64,000 nucleotides of DNA from Nannocystales bacterium (GTDB lineage Bacteria > Myxococcota_A > Polyangia > Nannocystales > Nannocystaceae): NCBI GenBank assembly GCA_050633305.1, contig JBOEGF010000010.1:288001-352000 (forward strand), in the 5' to 3' direction. The position numbers were made by a program, and so were the translations under genes. Shown one piece after another: positions 37,433 through 47,167 of this stretch. The notes beneath the pieces were generated by a model. That model made no database searches. It saw nothing but the letters and a program-made list of their open reading frames with translations, and was not told where the DNA came from. The first letter of the stretch is position 1, and each line of letters starts with the position of its first letter.

Positions 37433-38266
37433 GTGAAGCTCGACCTCCATTGTCATTCCACGTGTTCGGACGGCTCCCTGTCAGCCTACGACGTTGCCCG
37501 CCGCGCCGGGGAGTACGGTGTGGAACTCTTCAGCCTCACCGACCACGATACGTTCGCGGGCTTCGAGGATACGAAAGACGTCCTTGAGGAGAGCGGAGCG
37601 ACCGTGCTTCGGGGGATGGAGCTGAGCTGCAAGGACAACGGGCGGACGGTGCACCTGCTGCTCTACGACCTGCAGGAGGGGCCGGGGCTGGAGGCTGTTC
37701 GAACAAGAACCGAGCGGATCTTCGTGGCTCGTACCGAGCGACTACGGGAAATCTGCGGTCGCTTGGAGGCGCTTGGCCACCACCTCGATCCCGAGGCGAT
37801 CCTCGCCCAGACCCACGGTGTTCCCGGACGTCCCGCGGTCGCGAAGGCGTTGGTCCAGGCGGGCATCTGCACGAGCATGAAGGAATCGTTCTCCCGGTTT
37901 CTACGCGACGGCGGGCCCGCCGACGTCCCAGTTGAACGCGTGTCGTTGCGCGATGGGCTCGACCTCGGTCTGGGTGCAGGCGCGAAGGCGTCGCTTGCCC
38001 ACCCGCATGCCTTCGGGGCGTTTGCACTGGTCGAGTCGATCTGCCGACGCCACCGGGAGCACGGCTTGACCGGACTCGAGGCCCTGTACGGTCGTTATGG
38101 CAAGGCGGAACGCACGGGCTGGCTGCGGCTCGTGGACAAGTTCGACATGGTCGCGACCGGCGGCTCCGATTTTCACGGCGAGGCGATTCCCGAAATCACA
38201 CGGCCGGGTATCGAGCTCGACCCTGCGAGGTCGGAGCTTCTGTCGCAGTGGCTTCTCGCGGGCTGA
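37433..38266 (+). CDS. PHP-domain phosphoesterase (TrpH/YciV-like)
   Basis: DLHCHSTCSDG, LTDHDT, LAHP and TGGSDFHG motifs. Confidence 0.9.
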   Translation: MKLDLHCHSTCSDGSLSAYDVARRAGEYGVELFSLTDHDTFAGFEDTKDVLEESGATVLRGMELSCKDNGRTVHLLLYDLQEGPGLEAVRTRTERIFVARTERLREICGRLEALGHHLDPEAILAQTHGVPGRPAVAKALVQAGICTSMKESFSRFLRDGGPADVPVERVSLRDGLDLGLGAGAKASLAHPHAFGAFALVESICRRHREHGLTGLEALYGRYGKAERTGWLRLVDKFDMVATGGSDFHGEAIPEITRPGIELDPARSELLSQWLLAG

Positions 38267-38273
38267 AGAAGTC

Positions 38274-39125
38274 TCAAGACCGGGCTGCCCGGCGGTTTCC
38301 CCGGAGCGGGGAGCGGATGACGGCCCACGTTCTGGCGATCGGCGGGGGACTCGATGTGGCGATGACGTCGCGCCCGCACTGGGTGCATCGAGGCACGCTG
38401 ACGTGAGTATCGGGGTGGACAGGCGTGGCGCAGTGTTGGCATGCGTTCGCCCGAGGCGCCGTTGCGGGGGGCAAGTCGCCCACGACTCGGACGATCGTCG
38501 GATCGTGCGCCCCGAGCCAGGCAGGAGCAGGACCGGCGCGGTGGGATAACCCGCACCGCCCACAGTGCACCGAATGCATCGGGCTCTGCGCGCTGAGTGG
38601 AAGCGCGGCGTCACAGTTGTGGCAGCAGCTCTCCCCTTGTTCGCCGTGAACGAGCAACCGCCAGGGTCCGCTGCTCATACGCGTGAAGCCAGCGCCACGC
38701 ACCGCGACTTCGAATGCTCCTGCCCACCACTGTGGGTCGAGGTCAGCGTGAAATCCACAGCGAGTGCACGTGGCATCGATCCAGGGGCCGTTGATGGCAA
38801 CGGTGCCGCCGCACGCCGGACACGAGGCGTGAACACGAAGCCGCAGGACCTGCTCGACCTGCTCGACGGAGGCCGAAGGCGCCGGTTCGTGCCCAATCCA
38901 ACCGAGTTCATCGCCGCGGGTAAGGTCTTCGCCGGGGCCTTTGCTGGTCTTGAGCAAAACGCCGTCCGCCGTCGCGAGGATCTCCACAACCGCCTTGTCC
39001 GCTTCGACCTCGACCAACCGCTGCCCTGAACGAACCTGATCTCCTTCGGACACGAACCACTGCGTGATCGTGCCCGAAGTGTGTTCGTCGCCCAGGTCAA
39101 AGAGGATGACGGTCGGGGCGCTCAC
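38274..39125 (-). CDS. Lipoyl-domain protein fused to multiple zinc ribbons
   Basis: W.V.EGD.V..G..LVEVEADKAVVEI, followed by six CxxC motifs. Confidence 0.7.
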   Translation of the reverse strand: MSAPTVILFDLGDEHTSGTITQWFVSEGDQVRSGQRLVEVEADKAVVEILATADGVLLKTSKGPGEDLTRGDELGWIGHEPAPSASVEQVEQVLRLRVHASCPACGGTVAINGPWIDATCTRCGFHADLDPQWWAGAFEVAVRGAGFTRMSSGPWRLLVHGEQGESCCHNCDAALPLSAQSPMHSVHCGRCGLSHRAGPAPAWLGAHDPTIVRVVGDLPPATAPRANACQHCATPVHPDTHVSVPRCTQCGRDVIATSSPPPIARTWAVIRSPLRGNRRAARS

Positions 39126-39153
39126 ATCGGCAGTGTAGCCGGTGCGAGCCTCG

Positions 39154-39540
39154 CTAGCCTTCCATCCGCTTCACCGGGCTGGTCGCGTCGAGTTCGACGC
39201 GCTCGTGCTCGGTGAGGACTTTGGAGCGCGTCAGGAACCGCATGCCCTCGGGCGACTCGAGGGAGAAGCCCGCACCGCGGCCGGCCACCGCATCGATGAC
39301 CAACCGGGTGTGCTTCCACAGCTCCCACTGCGCCGCTCCGATGTAGACCGAACAGCCCTCGATCTCACCCAGGAGGATGTCGCTGCGCCCGAGCTTGAAC
39401 TCCCCCGCGGGGTAGCACATGGGCGCGCTGCCATCGCAGCAGCCACCGGACTGATGAAACATCAGCGGCCCGTGCACGTCGCGAAGCCGCTTGATCAGGC
39501 TCGCCGCGACGTCCGTGACGCCCACCCGGGCAACCGCCAC
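39154..39540 (-). CDS. DUF779-family protein
   Basis: HGPLMFHQSGGCCDGSAPMCYP and GRGAGFSLESPEG motifs; the usual neighbour of aldB. Confidence 0.92.
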   Translation of the reverse strand: MAVARVGVTDVAASLIKRLRDVHGPLMFHQSGGCCDGSAPMCYPAGEFKLGRSDILLGEIEGCSVYIGAAQWELWKHTRLVIDAVAGRGAGFSLESPEGMRFLTRSKVLTEHERVELDATSPVKRMEG

Positions 39541-41060
39541 TAGAAGAACCCCATGGGCTTGGGATCGTAGCTCACCAGCAGGTTCTTGGTCTGCTGGTAG
39601 TGGTCCAGCATCATCTTGTGGTTCTCGCGACCGATGCCGGAGTGCTTGTACCCACCGAACGCAGCATGCGCTGGGTAGAGGTGGTAGCAGTTCGTCCAGA
39701 CACGACCGGCCTCAATCGCTCGACCTGCGCGAAACGCAGTCGCACCGCTGCGAGTCCACACGCCGGCACCGAGGCCGTAGAGCGTGTCGTTTGCGATGTT
39801 GATTGCGTCGTCGTAGTCCTCGAAGCTGGTGACGGAGACGACGGGTCCGAAGATCTCTTCCTGGAACACCCGCATCTTGTTGTTCCCTCGGAAGATGGTC
39901 GGCTGGACGTAGTAGCCACCCGCCAGGTCTCCTTCGAGCTCCGCCCGTGCTCCGCCCATCAGGACCTCAGCACCCTCTTGCTTGCCGATGTCGAGGTAGC
40001 TGAGGATCTTCTCGAACTGGTCGTTCGATGCCTGTGCGCCGATCGTCGTGGCGGGGTCGAGGGGGTTGCCCGGTGCGTGCGTCTTGGCTCGTTCGACGGC
40101 GAGCTCGAGGAACGAACCGTAGATCGACTTCTCCACCAGGGCTCGCGATGGGCAGGTGCAGACCTCGCCCTGGTTGAGCGCGAACATGCCGAAGCCTTCG
40201 AGGCATTTCTGCAAGAAGTCGTCGTTCTCCTGCATCACGTCCGCGAAGAAGAGGTTGGGGCTCTTGCCTCCGAGCTCGAGGGTGACGGGGATGATGTTCT
40301 CCGTCGCGTACTGCATGATCAGCCGCCCGGTGGTGGTCTCTCCGGTAAACGCGACCTTCGCGATGCGGTTGCTCTGCGCGAGGGGCTTTCCCGCTTCGAC
40401 ACCGAAGCCGTTGACGATGTTGAGGACGCCCGGCGGAAGCAGGTCTCCGCATAGCTCCGCGAAGAGCATCAGCGACACCGGGGTCTGCTCGGCCGGCTTG
40501 ATCACCACGGCGTTGCCCGCAGCCAGGGCGGGAGCGAGCTTCCATGCCGCCATGAGCAACGGGAAGTTCCAGGGGATGATCTGGCCGACGACACCCAGTG
40601 GCTCTTTCACGTGATAGGCAACCGTGTTGGCGTCCAGCTCGGCCATGGAGCCTTCTTGGGCGCGGATGCAGCCGGCGAAGTACCGGAAGTGATCGATGGC
40701 CAGGGGAAGGTCGGCGGCCAGCGTCTCGCGGACGGGCTTGCCGTTGTCCCAGCTTTCTGCGACCGCGAAGCGCTCCAAGTTCTGCTCGAGGCGCTCGGCG
40801 ATCTTCATCAGCACCGTCGAACGGTCTCCAGCGCTTGTTTTGCCCCACGCCGGAGCGGCTTTGTGTGCCGCATCCAGGGCTGTCTCGATGTCCTCTGCGG
40901 TGGAGCGCGCAACCTCGCAGAACACCTTGCCGGTCACCGGGGTCACATTCTCGAAGTAGTTTCCTTGGGCCGGTTCGACGAACTCGCCGCCGATGTAGTT
41001 GCCGTAGCGGCTCTTGAAAGTGACGAGGGATCCTTCGGTATTGGGGGCTTTGTAGACCAC
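39540..41060 (-). CDS. aldB: Aldehyde dehydrogenase (AldB/ExaC/AcoD type)
   Basis: [34 protein letters not shown] and EEIFGP motifs; 506 aa from GTG 41060. Confidence 0.93.
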   Translation of the reverse strand: MVYKAPNTEGSLVTFKSRYGNYIGGEFVEPAQGNYFENVTPVTGKVFCEVARSTAEDIETALDAAHKAAPAWGKTSAGDRSTVLMKIAERLEQNLERFAVAESWDNGKPVRETLAADLPLAIDHFRYFAGCIRAQEGSMAELDANTVAYHVKEPLGVVGQIIPWNFPLLMAAWKLAPALAAGNAVVIKPAEQTPVSLMLFAELCGDLLPPGVLNIVNGFGVEAGKPLAQSNRIAKVAFTGETTTGRLIMQYATENIIPVTLELGGKSPNLFFADVMQENDDFLQKCLEGFGMFALNQGEVCTCPSRALVEKSIYGSFLELAVERAKTHAPGNPLDPATTIGAQASNDQFEKILSYLDIGKQEGAEVLMGGARAELEGDLAGGYYVQPTIFRGNNKMRVFQEEIFGPVVSVTSFEDYDDAINIANDTLYGLGAGVWTRSGATAFRAGRAIEAGRVWTNCYHLYPAHAAFGGYKHSGIGRENHKMMLDHYQQTKNLLVSYDPKPMGFF

Positions 41061-41123
41061 GGTGTGTTCCTGGGTTCGAGGTGGGTTCGGGCACCCGCTG
41101 TGGGTGTCTCCACCTGGGCCTTG

Positions 41124-41140
41124 AGCAAGCTTGGTGCCAA
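41124..41140 (-). promoter_or_regulatory. Sigma54 -24/-12 promoter of aldB
   Basis: Minus strand reads TTGGCACCAAGCTTGCT (GG-N10-GC). Confidence 0.85.
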
Positions 41141-41192
41141 TCGTGCGGTTGGGCCGCTGCAACGCGTTCCGCGAGCATGTGTCGCGCCCGCC

Positions 41193-41233
41193 TGTCGCGC
41201 TCGCGACAGCGACACCTGTTGCGTTTCGCGACA
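41193..41233. promoter_or_regulatory. Tandem upstream activator sites for the AcoR-like activator
   Basis: Palindromes TGTCGCG-CT-CGCGACA and TGTTGCG-TTT-CGCGACA, about 55-95 bp upstream of the -24 element. Confidence 0.65.
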
Positions 41234-41297
41234 GTCGCGAACTATTCTGATCCCACGCGCGTGGAGTCTCGGGGCTCCGCGAGGCGCGTCGTATTGT

Positions 41298-43238
41298 ATG
41301 GAACTCGATCCCGAACGCGCTGCGTTGACGCTCGACATCGCAGGCGACGCTTCCGAGCAGGTCCACCGGGCCTGGAGTCGCGCGCGCGCGATGGGAGTCG
41401 ACCCGTCAGGCATCGGCCACGTCGAGAGTATCGACGTGGGAAGCGGGCTCGCGGTTCGTCAGCTGTCGATGCAGCACCTGGTGCGTTCCGGCCAATCGGT
41501 TCTGGATGACTTGGCTCGGGACTTGGCCCATCGGCATTTCGCATTGTTGCTCGCGGACTGCGACGGTGTGGTTCTGCATCGGATGGGCGGCGGCGAGTTT
41601 GAGGCCACGGCAGATCATGTCCGACTGATCGAAGGGGCTCATTGGGCGGAGTCCGTCCGAGGCACGAACGCGATCGGGACGGCGCTGGCCGAGAACGCGC
41701 CGGTCAGTGTTCTTGGCGGTGCCCACTACGCACAGCCCAACCAGGCCCTCGTTTGTTACGCCAGCCCGATTCGGGATCCTGGAGGCCAGACGGTCGCCGT
41801 GCTCGATGCTACGGGCGCAATGCCCAACGCCGACGCTTCGGTCAGCGCCGCGGTTCGGTCCGCCGCGACGGCGCTGGAGGATCGGCTGCGCTTGGAGCTT
41901 TGGCCGCAGCGGGGCCCCAACTCGCTGAGGGTCCTTCAGCAAACGCTGCAACGCTGCGCTGTTCCTGCATTTGTCGTCGAGCGTCCGGGGACCGTTCGGG
42001 CTTCCAACTCGTCGGCAGTGGCGCTGCTGGGTCGAGCGACCGCGGCGCGTCTCGACGCGTTGCTCGGCCTCTCCTGGTCCGACCTCGAGCGACTGATTCA
42101 GACCGGAGACCTGCCTCAGTGCGCAGCCGGGCGGCTCGCTCACGCGTTTCCCCATCAGCAACTGCACGTCGAGCCAGTTCTCGATCTGCACGGAGATGTC
42201 TGGGCGGCGGTCGTGTTCCTCGAGCCCCTGCCGGTCCTCCGGCGAATCCGGCCCGCCTCATCGACCACGCCGACGCTGCCTTCGGCGTTCGCACGTATCT
42301 GTGGCTCCGACCCCGGGCTGAAGGCGGTGCTGCAGCACGCGGCCTTGGTTGCCGAGACAACGTTGCCCATCCTGATCCGCGCCGAGACCGGCACCGGCAA
42401 GGAGCTGCTCGCCGCTGCTGTGCATCACGCCAGCGACCGCGCGGATGAGCCGATGGTGTCGCTCAACTGCGGTGCTGTGCAGCCAGAGCTCATGGCCAGT
42501 GAGCTGTTTGGCTATGCTCCGGGCGCGTACACAGGCGCGGATCCCAAAGGCCGAGAGGGCACCGTCGCGGCGGCAGCTGGGGGCACGTTGTTCCTCGACG
42601 AGCTCGCGGACATGCCCAAGGCGCTCCAGGTGTTGCTGCTGCGGTTTTTGGAGAGTGGCAGCTACCAACGGGTCGGCGAGTCAAAGCTGCGGCACGTCAA
42701 CGTCCGCCTCGTCTGTGCGACGTGCCGTGACCTCGACGCGCTTGTGGAGTCCGGCGAGTTTCGTCGCGACCTCTACTTCCGCATCAAGGGGGCGTGCCTT
42801 CGCCTTCCGCCGCTGCGGGCTCGTGACGACCTCGCGGAGCTCGCCAACGAGCTCCTCGACGAGCTGGCGGATGCCGAGTCGCTCGATCCCCGACCCCGCT
42901 TGTCCGAGCAGGCTCTGCTTCGGCTCCAGGGTCACGATTGGCCGGGGAACACTCGAGAGCTCAAGATGGTGCTTCATCACGCCCTTGCGCTGACTCGGGG
43001 ACGGACAGACATCGGTGCGGACGACATCCCGCTGCCTCAGGTCTCTTCGAGGCCGTCGGTCGTCCCGGGAGCCGAGCCGGGTTCGATGCACGACCACAAG
43101 CGTGCCGCGTTGGCTCAAGCGCTCTGCGATGCAAACGGAAACGTCTCCGCTGCGGCACGAGCCCTCGGTGTGGCTCGCAGTACCATCTATCGACAGCTAC
43201 AGCGCTACGGCTTGCTGAGCGGTGTCGACGGATCCTGA
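41298..43238 (+). CDS. acoR: AcoR-type sigma54-dependent activator (GAF-AAA-Fis HTH)
   Basis: [47 protein letters not shown] and HTH motifs. Start placed at ATG 41298. Confidence 0.88.
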   Translation: MELDPERAALTLDIAGDASEQVHRAWSRARAMGVDPSGIGHVESIDVGSGLAVRQLSMQHLVRSGQSVLDDLARDLAHRHFALLLADCDGVVLHRMGGGEFEATADHVRLIEGAHWAESVRGTNAIGTALAENAPVSVLGGAHYAQPNQALVCYASPIRDPGGQTVAVLDATGAMPNADASVSAAVRSAATALEDRLRLELWPQRGPNSLRVLQQTLQRCAVPAFVVERPGTVRASNSSAVALLGRATAARLDALLGLSWSDLERLIQTGDLPQCAAGRLAHAFPHQQLHVEPVLDLHGDVWAAVVFLEPLPVLRRIRPASSTTPTLPSAFARICGSDPGLKAVLQHAALVAETTLPILIRAETGTGKELLAAAVHHASDRADEPMVSLNCGAVQPELMASELFGYAPGAYTGADPKGREGTVAAAAGGTLFLDELADMPKALQVLLLRFLESGSYQRVGESKLRHVNVRLVCATCRDLDALVESGEFRRDLYFRIKGACLRLPPLRARDDLAELANELLDELADAESLDPRPRLSEQALLRLQGHDWPGNTRELKMVLHHALALTRGRTDIGADDIPLPQVSSRPSVVPGAEPGSMHDHKRAALAQALCDANGNVSAAARALGVARSTIYRQLQRYGLLSGVDGS

Positions 43239-43283
43239 GCGCGTGGCCGAGCTCTGATGCGCCCCGCCCGTCGCCCACGGGGT

Positions 43284-44033
43284 TCAGCTCATCGAGGCGC
43301 CGCCGTCGACGTCGATGGTGCGACCGTTGAAGTAGTCGCATTCGAGCACGAAGCGAACCGCGCACCAGATGTCCTGCGGGGTGCCGATGCGGCCGACCGG
43401 GATTCCTGCAACGAGCGCGTCACGGGCCTTCTGGTTCATGCCCTGTGTCATGGGAGTTTCGACCATGCCTGGGGCCACCGCGCCCACGCGGACCCCCATC
43501 GGCGCAAATTCGCGGGCCCAAGTCACGGTGTTCGCGGCGAGAGCGGCCTTCGTCGCGACGTAGTTGCTCTGACCGCGGCTGCCGTGCCGGGAAATACTGG
43601 AGATATTCACGACCACGCCGCCGGCGACCTCGGTCTGCAAAGCGTTGAGGGCAAAGGCACGTGTCATGAACATGGCGCCGGTGAGGTTCACCGCGAGGAC
43701 CGAGTTCCACGCCTCGGTGCTCATGGTGGATAGCTCGCCGGTTCTTCGACTGCGCTTGGCAAGCAGACCATCACGGATGATGCCCGCGTTGTTGATCAGG
43801 CCGTTGACGCCACTCAGCTCGTCCTGCGCCCATTGAACAAACGCGTCGCAGTCGGCCTCGTCGGTCACGTCCAGCCTTCGCTTCGCGACATTGTCGGGAA
43901 GCGATGCGAGTCCCTCGGTATCGACGTCGCCCGCGGCGACCTGCGCTCCGGCTTCTGCGAGTTGGGTTGCAAAGTGGGCGCCCATGCCTCGGCCGGCTCC
44001 CGTGACGATGATCTTCAGTTGGTCCAGTTGCAT
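43284..44033 (-). CDS. SDR 3-oxoacyl reductase (FabG/PhaB-like)
   Basis: TGAGRGMG, NNAGIIRDGLL, NISS and YVATK motifs; located in the PHA locus. Confidence 0.85.
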   Translation of the reverse strand: MQLDQLKIIVTGAGRGMGAHFATQLAEAGAQVAAGDVDTEGLASLPDNVAKRRLDVTDEADCDAFVQWAQDELSGVNGLINNAGIIRDGLLAKRSRRTGELSTMSTEAWNSVLAVNLTGAMFMTRAFALNALQTEVAGGVVVNISSISRHGSRGQSNYVATKAALAANTVTWAREFAPMGVRVGAVAPGMVETPMTQGMNQKARDALVAGIPVGRIGTPQDIWCAVRFVLECDYFNGRTIDVDGGASMS

Positions 44034-44066
44034 CGGTGATCCTTCTTGTGCGTGTCGATGAAACGC

Positions 44067-44092
44067 GTGCGCCGCTCCGTCGAGCGGCGCAC
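44067..44092 (-). terminator. Perfect 11-bp hairpin after the phasin-like gene (leaky terminator or mRNA stabiliser)
   Basis: GTGCGCCGCTC-cgtc-GAGCGGCGCAC; only a weak U-tract follows. Confidence 0.6.
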
Positions 44093-44117
44093 TACGGGGG
44101 CGTCGCTCGTCCGAGCG

Positions 44118-44444
44118 CTAGCTGTTGCTGTTGGCAAACGCGCTCATCGTGCGGCGCGAGGCGGTCATGCCAAGGTTCATCCACTGCTGGCTGAGCTGGA
44201 TGCCGTAGTTCATCGATGCCTTGACGACCTCGGTCATCTCGTCGGCGGCCTCGCGGGTCCGACGAAGGTTGGCTTCCTGCGCCTTGGCGAGGTCGTCGAG
44301 GCCCTGCGTAACCAGGGCGCGTTGATCCTGCAGGGTCTCGGTCATAGGAGACCACATTTGTTGCGCCTGCGAAAAGAAATCCCGCACTGCGTCATTTGCA
44401 GCCGAGGTGGTAGACGCGCCAGAGGACGGCTTCTGAGCTTCCAT
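44118..44444 (-). CDS. Phasin-like amphipathic helical protein
   Basis: 108 aa, rich in A/Q/M/S, no Cys. Downstream of phaR, with a PhaR-type box in its promoter. Confidence 0.6.
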   Translation of the reverse strand: MEAQKPSSGASTTSAANDAVRDFFSQAQQMWSPMTETLQDQRALVTQGLDDLAKAQEANLRRTREAADEMTEVVKASMNYGIQLSQQWMNLGMTASRRTMSAFANSNS

Positions 44445-44451
44445 GAGCTGA

Positions 44452-44502
44452 GAAGTAGTCAGTCTAGGCTGGCCTGTCAATTCAATTTTGTGCGGTGCAC
44501 AA
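44452..44502 (-). promoter_or_regulatory. Promoter of the phasin-like gene with PhaR-type operator
   Basis: Palindrome TTGTGC-GGT-GCACAA (44488-44502) just upstream of a perfect TTGACA (44480-44475). The -10 is weak (TACTTC). Confidence 0.7.
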
Positions 44503-44504
44503 TT

Positions 44505-45065
44505 TTACGTGGCGTCGTCTCCACCCCGGACCGCTCGCTTCAGCTCCTCGAGTTCCGCCCGCAACGCTTGGAGGTCATCACTCACGCTGGGCGACTCCTG
44601 CTCAGTCGGCGGGGGGGGAGGTGCGGTCGGGGGCGAGGGGGTGGATGCTGGCGGAGCCTGTCCCGGCCAAAACGGTGCGCCCGCGAACATGCGGGCGAAA
44701 GGGCCACCTGCTCCCCAGGGCCCAGATCCGAAAGGGAGCATTGAACCGAGAGTTTGCCCCCCACTCTTCACGCTCAGGTAGACGTCTAGAGCCCAAGTGA
44801 CGTAGCTGGAGAAGAATTCGGCGATGGCGTCATCCTGCATCCGCAGCAGGCGGTGAAGAAGACCCACAGGCAAGAGCTTGGCGGTGGGACTCTCGAGAAT
44901 GAGCTGCGTCAGCGTCATCTGGGTAAGGTCATCACCCGATTTTGCGTCCACGACTCGGACCTCTTCCCCGTCGCGGATCTTGGTCGCGAGTTCGTCGAGC
45001 GTGATGTATCGGCTCAGCCCCGTGTCGTAGAGGCGCCGGTTGCTGTACTTCTTAATGATCGTCAC
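44505..45065 (-). CDS. phaR: PHA synthesis repressor PhaR (DNA-binding)
   Basis: IIKKYSNRRLYDT..SRYITLDEL...VRVVDAKSGDDLT..TLTQLILE. Start placed at GTG 45065. Confidence 0.88.
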   Translation of the reverse strand: MTIIKKYSNRRLYDTGLSRYITLDELATKIRDGEEVRVVDAKSGDDLTQMTLTQLILESPTAKLLPVGLLHRLLRMQDDAIAEFFSSYVTWALDVYLSVKSGGQTLGSMLPFGSGPWGAGGPFARMFAGAPFWPGQAPPASTPSPPTAPPPPPTEQESPSVSDDLQALRAELEELKRAVRGGDDAT

Positions 45066-45084
45066 GCCGAGGAACTCCGTGCTG

Positions 45085-45093
45085 TGCGCCGCA
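45085..45093. promoter_or_regulatory. PhaR-type box upstream of phaR (possible autoregulation)
   Basis: TGC-GCC-GCA, 20 nt upstream of the start codon. Confidence 0.5.
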
Positions 45094-45171
45094 ATATCCC
45101 ACTGGCGCTTCACAATGGTCAACTCTCGCTGCGTGCCTTGCGAAGTGGACTCAGTGCCATCCCAGTGGCAC

Positions 45172-45229
45172 TTGACGGCGCGGTGAACACCCCGATAGTC
45201 TCCGGCGGGCTAATGGTGCAGCGCAGCAT
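45172..45229 (+). promoter_or_regulatory. Promoter of the lipoprotein-to-phaC operon, with a PhaR-type box over the first codons
   Basis: TTGACG-N18-TAGTCT, then ATGGTGCAGCGCAGCAT containing TGC-AGC-GCA within an imperfect palindrome. Confidence 0.55.
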
Positions 45230-46187
45230 ATTCGGTTCGAGGCTGACGCTTCTTCTGGTCCTCTCGGGGTGTGGGGACGACGCGTCGGCGTGTGTCGTGG
45301 GTGCCGACTGCCCTTCGGGCCAGTGCAGCGCTCAGGGCGAGTGCGTGCCCGTCGCTGGCACATCGTCATCCGGCGAGCTGGGCTCATCGGGCGCAGAGAC
45401 TTCGACGGGGTCGAGCACCACCGCCGAGAGCGACGACGCCTCCGGGGGGGTGGACGAGAGCAGCACAACCTCCTCGGGTCCGGCGGATTGCATGCCGCCC
45501 AACGGAGATGGCGTCATCGAGCGGGGCGAGCTGCGGTTCGAGCCAGACCTGCAGGTCAACTACCGTGCGGCCCAGGCGGTCACGTTTGATACGGCTGGCT
45601 CGACGATCGACGGTGAAACCGTCTGGGACATGTCGGTCGAGTTTCCGGGGGACCACACGAGCAGTGGTGAGTTTCTGTCGGTCGAAGGGCAGTGGTTCGA
45701 GCCGTCATTCCCAGGGGCCACGTATGCGACGCGTTTGACGGATGCCGATGACTTGCTCGGGGTGTTTGAGGCCACGGACAGCGCGTTGACCCTACGCGGG
45801 GTGGTCTCGCCGGTCGGCGGCGCTCAGCGGACCGAGCTCGTCTACGACCCTCCGGTGACGGTCCTGAGCTTTCCGCTGGTGCAGGGCAAGGCTTGGGAGT
45901 CGGACGCCAACGTCACGGGGGTCGCGCTGGGCATTCCGACGGGCTACACAGAGAACTACCAGAATCGGATCGACGCGTCGGGCACGTTGCGGACACCCTT
46001 CGGCGACTACGAGGTCTTGCGTGTGGGCGTCGTGCTGACGCGGACCTTTGGCATCGTCCCCACCGTCGTACGGACCTTCGCGTTTGTCAGTGAGTGCGTC
46101 GGAACGGTGGGCAGCGTGCGTTCCAATGACAACGAGGACTCGCCCGAGTTCACACAGGTGGCGGAAGTCCGGAGGATCGACCCTTGA
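45213..46187 (+). CDS. Lipoprotein A of the PHA operon (Cys knot, S/T linker, beta-rich domain)
   Basis: Lipobox LSGC; EF-hand-like NGDGVIERGE; paralog of 48753-49589. Confidence 0.75.
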   Translation: MVQRSIFGSRLTLLLVLSGCGDDASACVVGADCPSGQCSAQGECVPVAGTSSSGELGSSGAETSTGSSTTAESDDASGGVDESSTTSSGPADCMPPNGDGVIERGELRFEPDLQVNYRAAQAVTFDTAGSTIDGETVWDMSVEFPGDHTSSGEFLSVEGQWFEPSFPGATYATRLTDADDLLGVFEATDSALTLRGVVSPVGGAQRTELVYDPPVTVLSFPLVQGKAWESDANVTGVALGIPTGYTENYQNRIDASGTLRTPFGDYEVLRVGVVLTRTFGIVPTVVRTFAFVSECVGTVGSVRSNDNEDSPEFTQVAEVRRIDP

Positions 46188-47167
46188 AACGACTCGCAGC
46201 CGCGGCGGCGGGAATGCTGTTGGGTGGCTGCCTCCATTTTCATGATGGTCCGCTGCCGAACGAGCCGGCGGATGCTCGTTTCGCCGATGTGCAGGACGCT
46301 CGTGTACGGTTTGTCGACGAAGGCCAGGGGCCTGCAGTCGTCTTGATCCACGGATTCGCGAGTTCGCTGGAGAACTGGGACCCCGTGCTCGAGGACCTCC
46401 TCGAGGGACACCGGGTCCTCGCGCTGGATCTCAAGGGGTTCGGCTGGACGGACCGGCCCGAGGGGGACTACTCGCCCTCGGCCCAAGCCGCGCTGGTGTT
46501 TGCACTCATGGATCAACGGGGCATCGAGCGAGCCGCCGTCGTGGGCCACTCTTGGGGGTCTTCGGTCGTGTTGGCGATGGCGCTCGATCAACCCGAGCGT
46601 GTCGAGCGTATCGCGCTGTACGACGCGTGGGTGTTCGAGGAGCAGCTGCCTCCGATGTTCGTCTGGGCCCGGGCGAAGGGCCTCGGGGAGCTGCTGTTCC
46701 GGTTGTTCTACTTGGAACGACCCGACGACAAGGTTGAGCTGGCCTATCACGACCGCTCGGTCGTCTCGCAGGATCACGTCGAGGCGATCGAGCAGGCCCA
46801 AGCCCGACCCGGCACCACCGCCGCCGCACTCGCAGCGGTACGCGGTCAGCGGTACGCGGAGGTGCAGCGGCACTACCACGAGATCGAGCAGCCGGTGCTC
46901 CTCCTGTGGGGCCGCGAGGACAGGATCACACTGCTCGAGGACGGCGAACGCTTGGCCGGGACGCTGCCCAACGCCGAGCTCCGAGTGTATCCCAACTGCG
47001 GGCACTTCCCGATGCGTGAGGCCGAGCCGGCGTCCACGCGCGCGCTCGTCGACTTCCTCGCACCGGCTAGAACCAAGATGCCGGAACCAGAGGTGACTGC
47101 GGAGCCGGAATCCACACCACCACAGGCCGAGCTCCAGCCTGCCGAGGTTGCGGGAGTTGTGCCATGA
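46184..47167 (+). CDS. Lipoprotein alpha/beta hydrolase (esterase/depolymerase candidate)
   Basis: Lipobox LGGC; LIHGF, GHSWG nucleophile elbow, WGREDR and GHFP motifs. Confidence 0.85.
   Translation: MKRLAAAAAGMLLGGCLHFHDGPLPNEPADARFADVQDARVRFVDEGQGPAVVLIHGFASSLENWDPVLEDLLEGHRVLALDLKGFGWTDRPEGDYSPSAQAALVFALMDQRGIERAAVVGHSWGSSVVLAMALDQPERVERIALYDAWVFEEQLPPMFVWARAKGLGELLFRLFYLERPDDKVELAYHDRSVVSQDHVEAIEQAQARPGTTAAALAAVRGQRYAEVQRHYHEIEQPVLLLWGREDRITLLEDGERLAGTLPNAELRVYPNCGHFPMREAEPASTRALVDFLAPARTKMPEPEVTAEPESTPPQAELQPAEVAGVVP

Noticed and set aside
40611..41366. Long N-terminal extensions that would make aldB and acoR overlap
   Set aside because: Homology begins at 41060 and 41298 respectively, and the interval holds the sigma54 promoter and activator sites.
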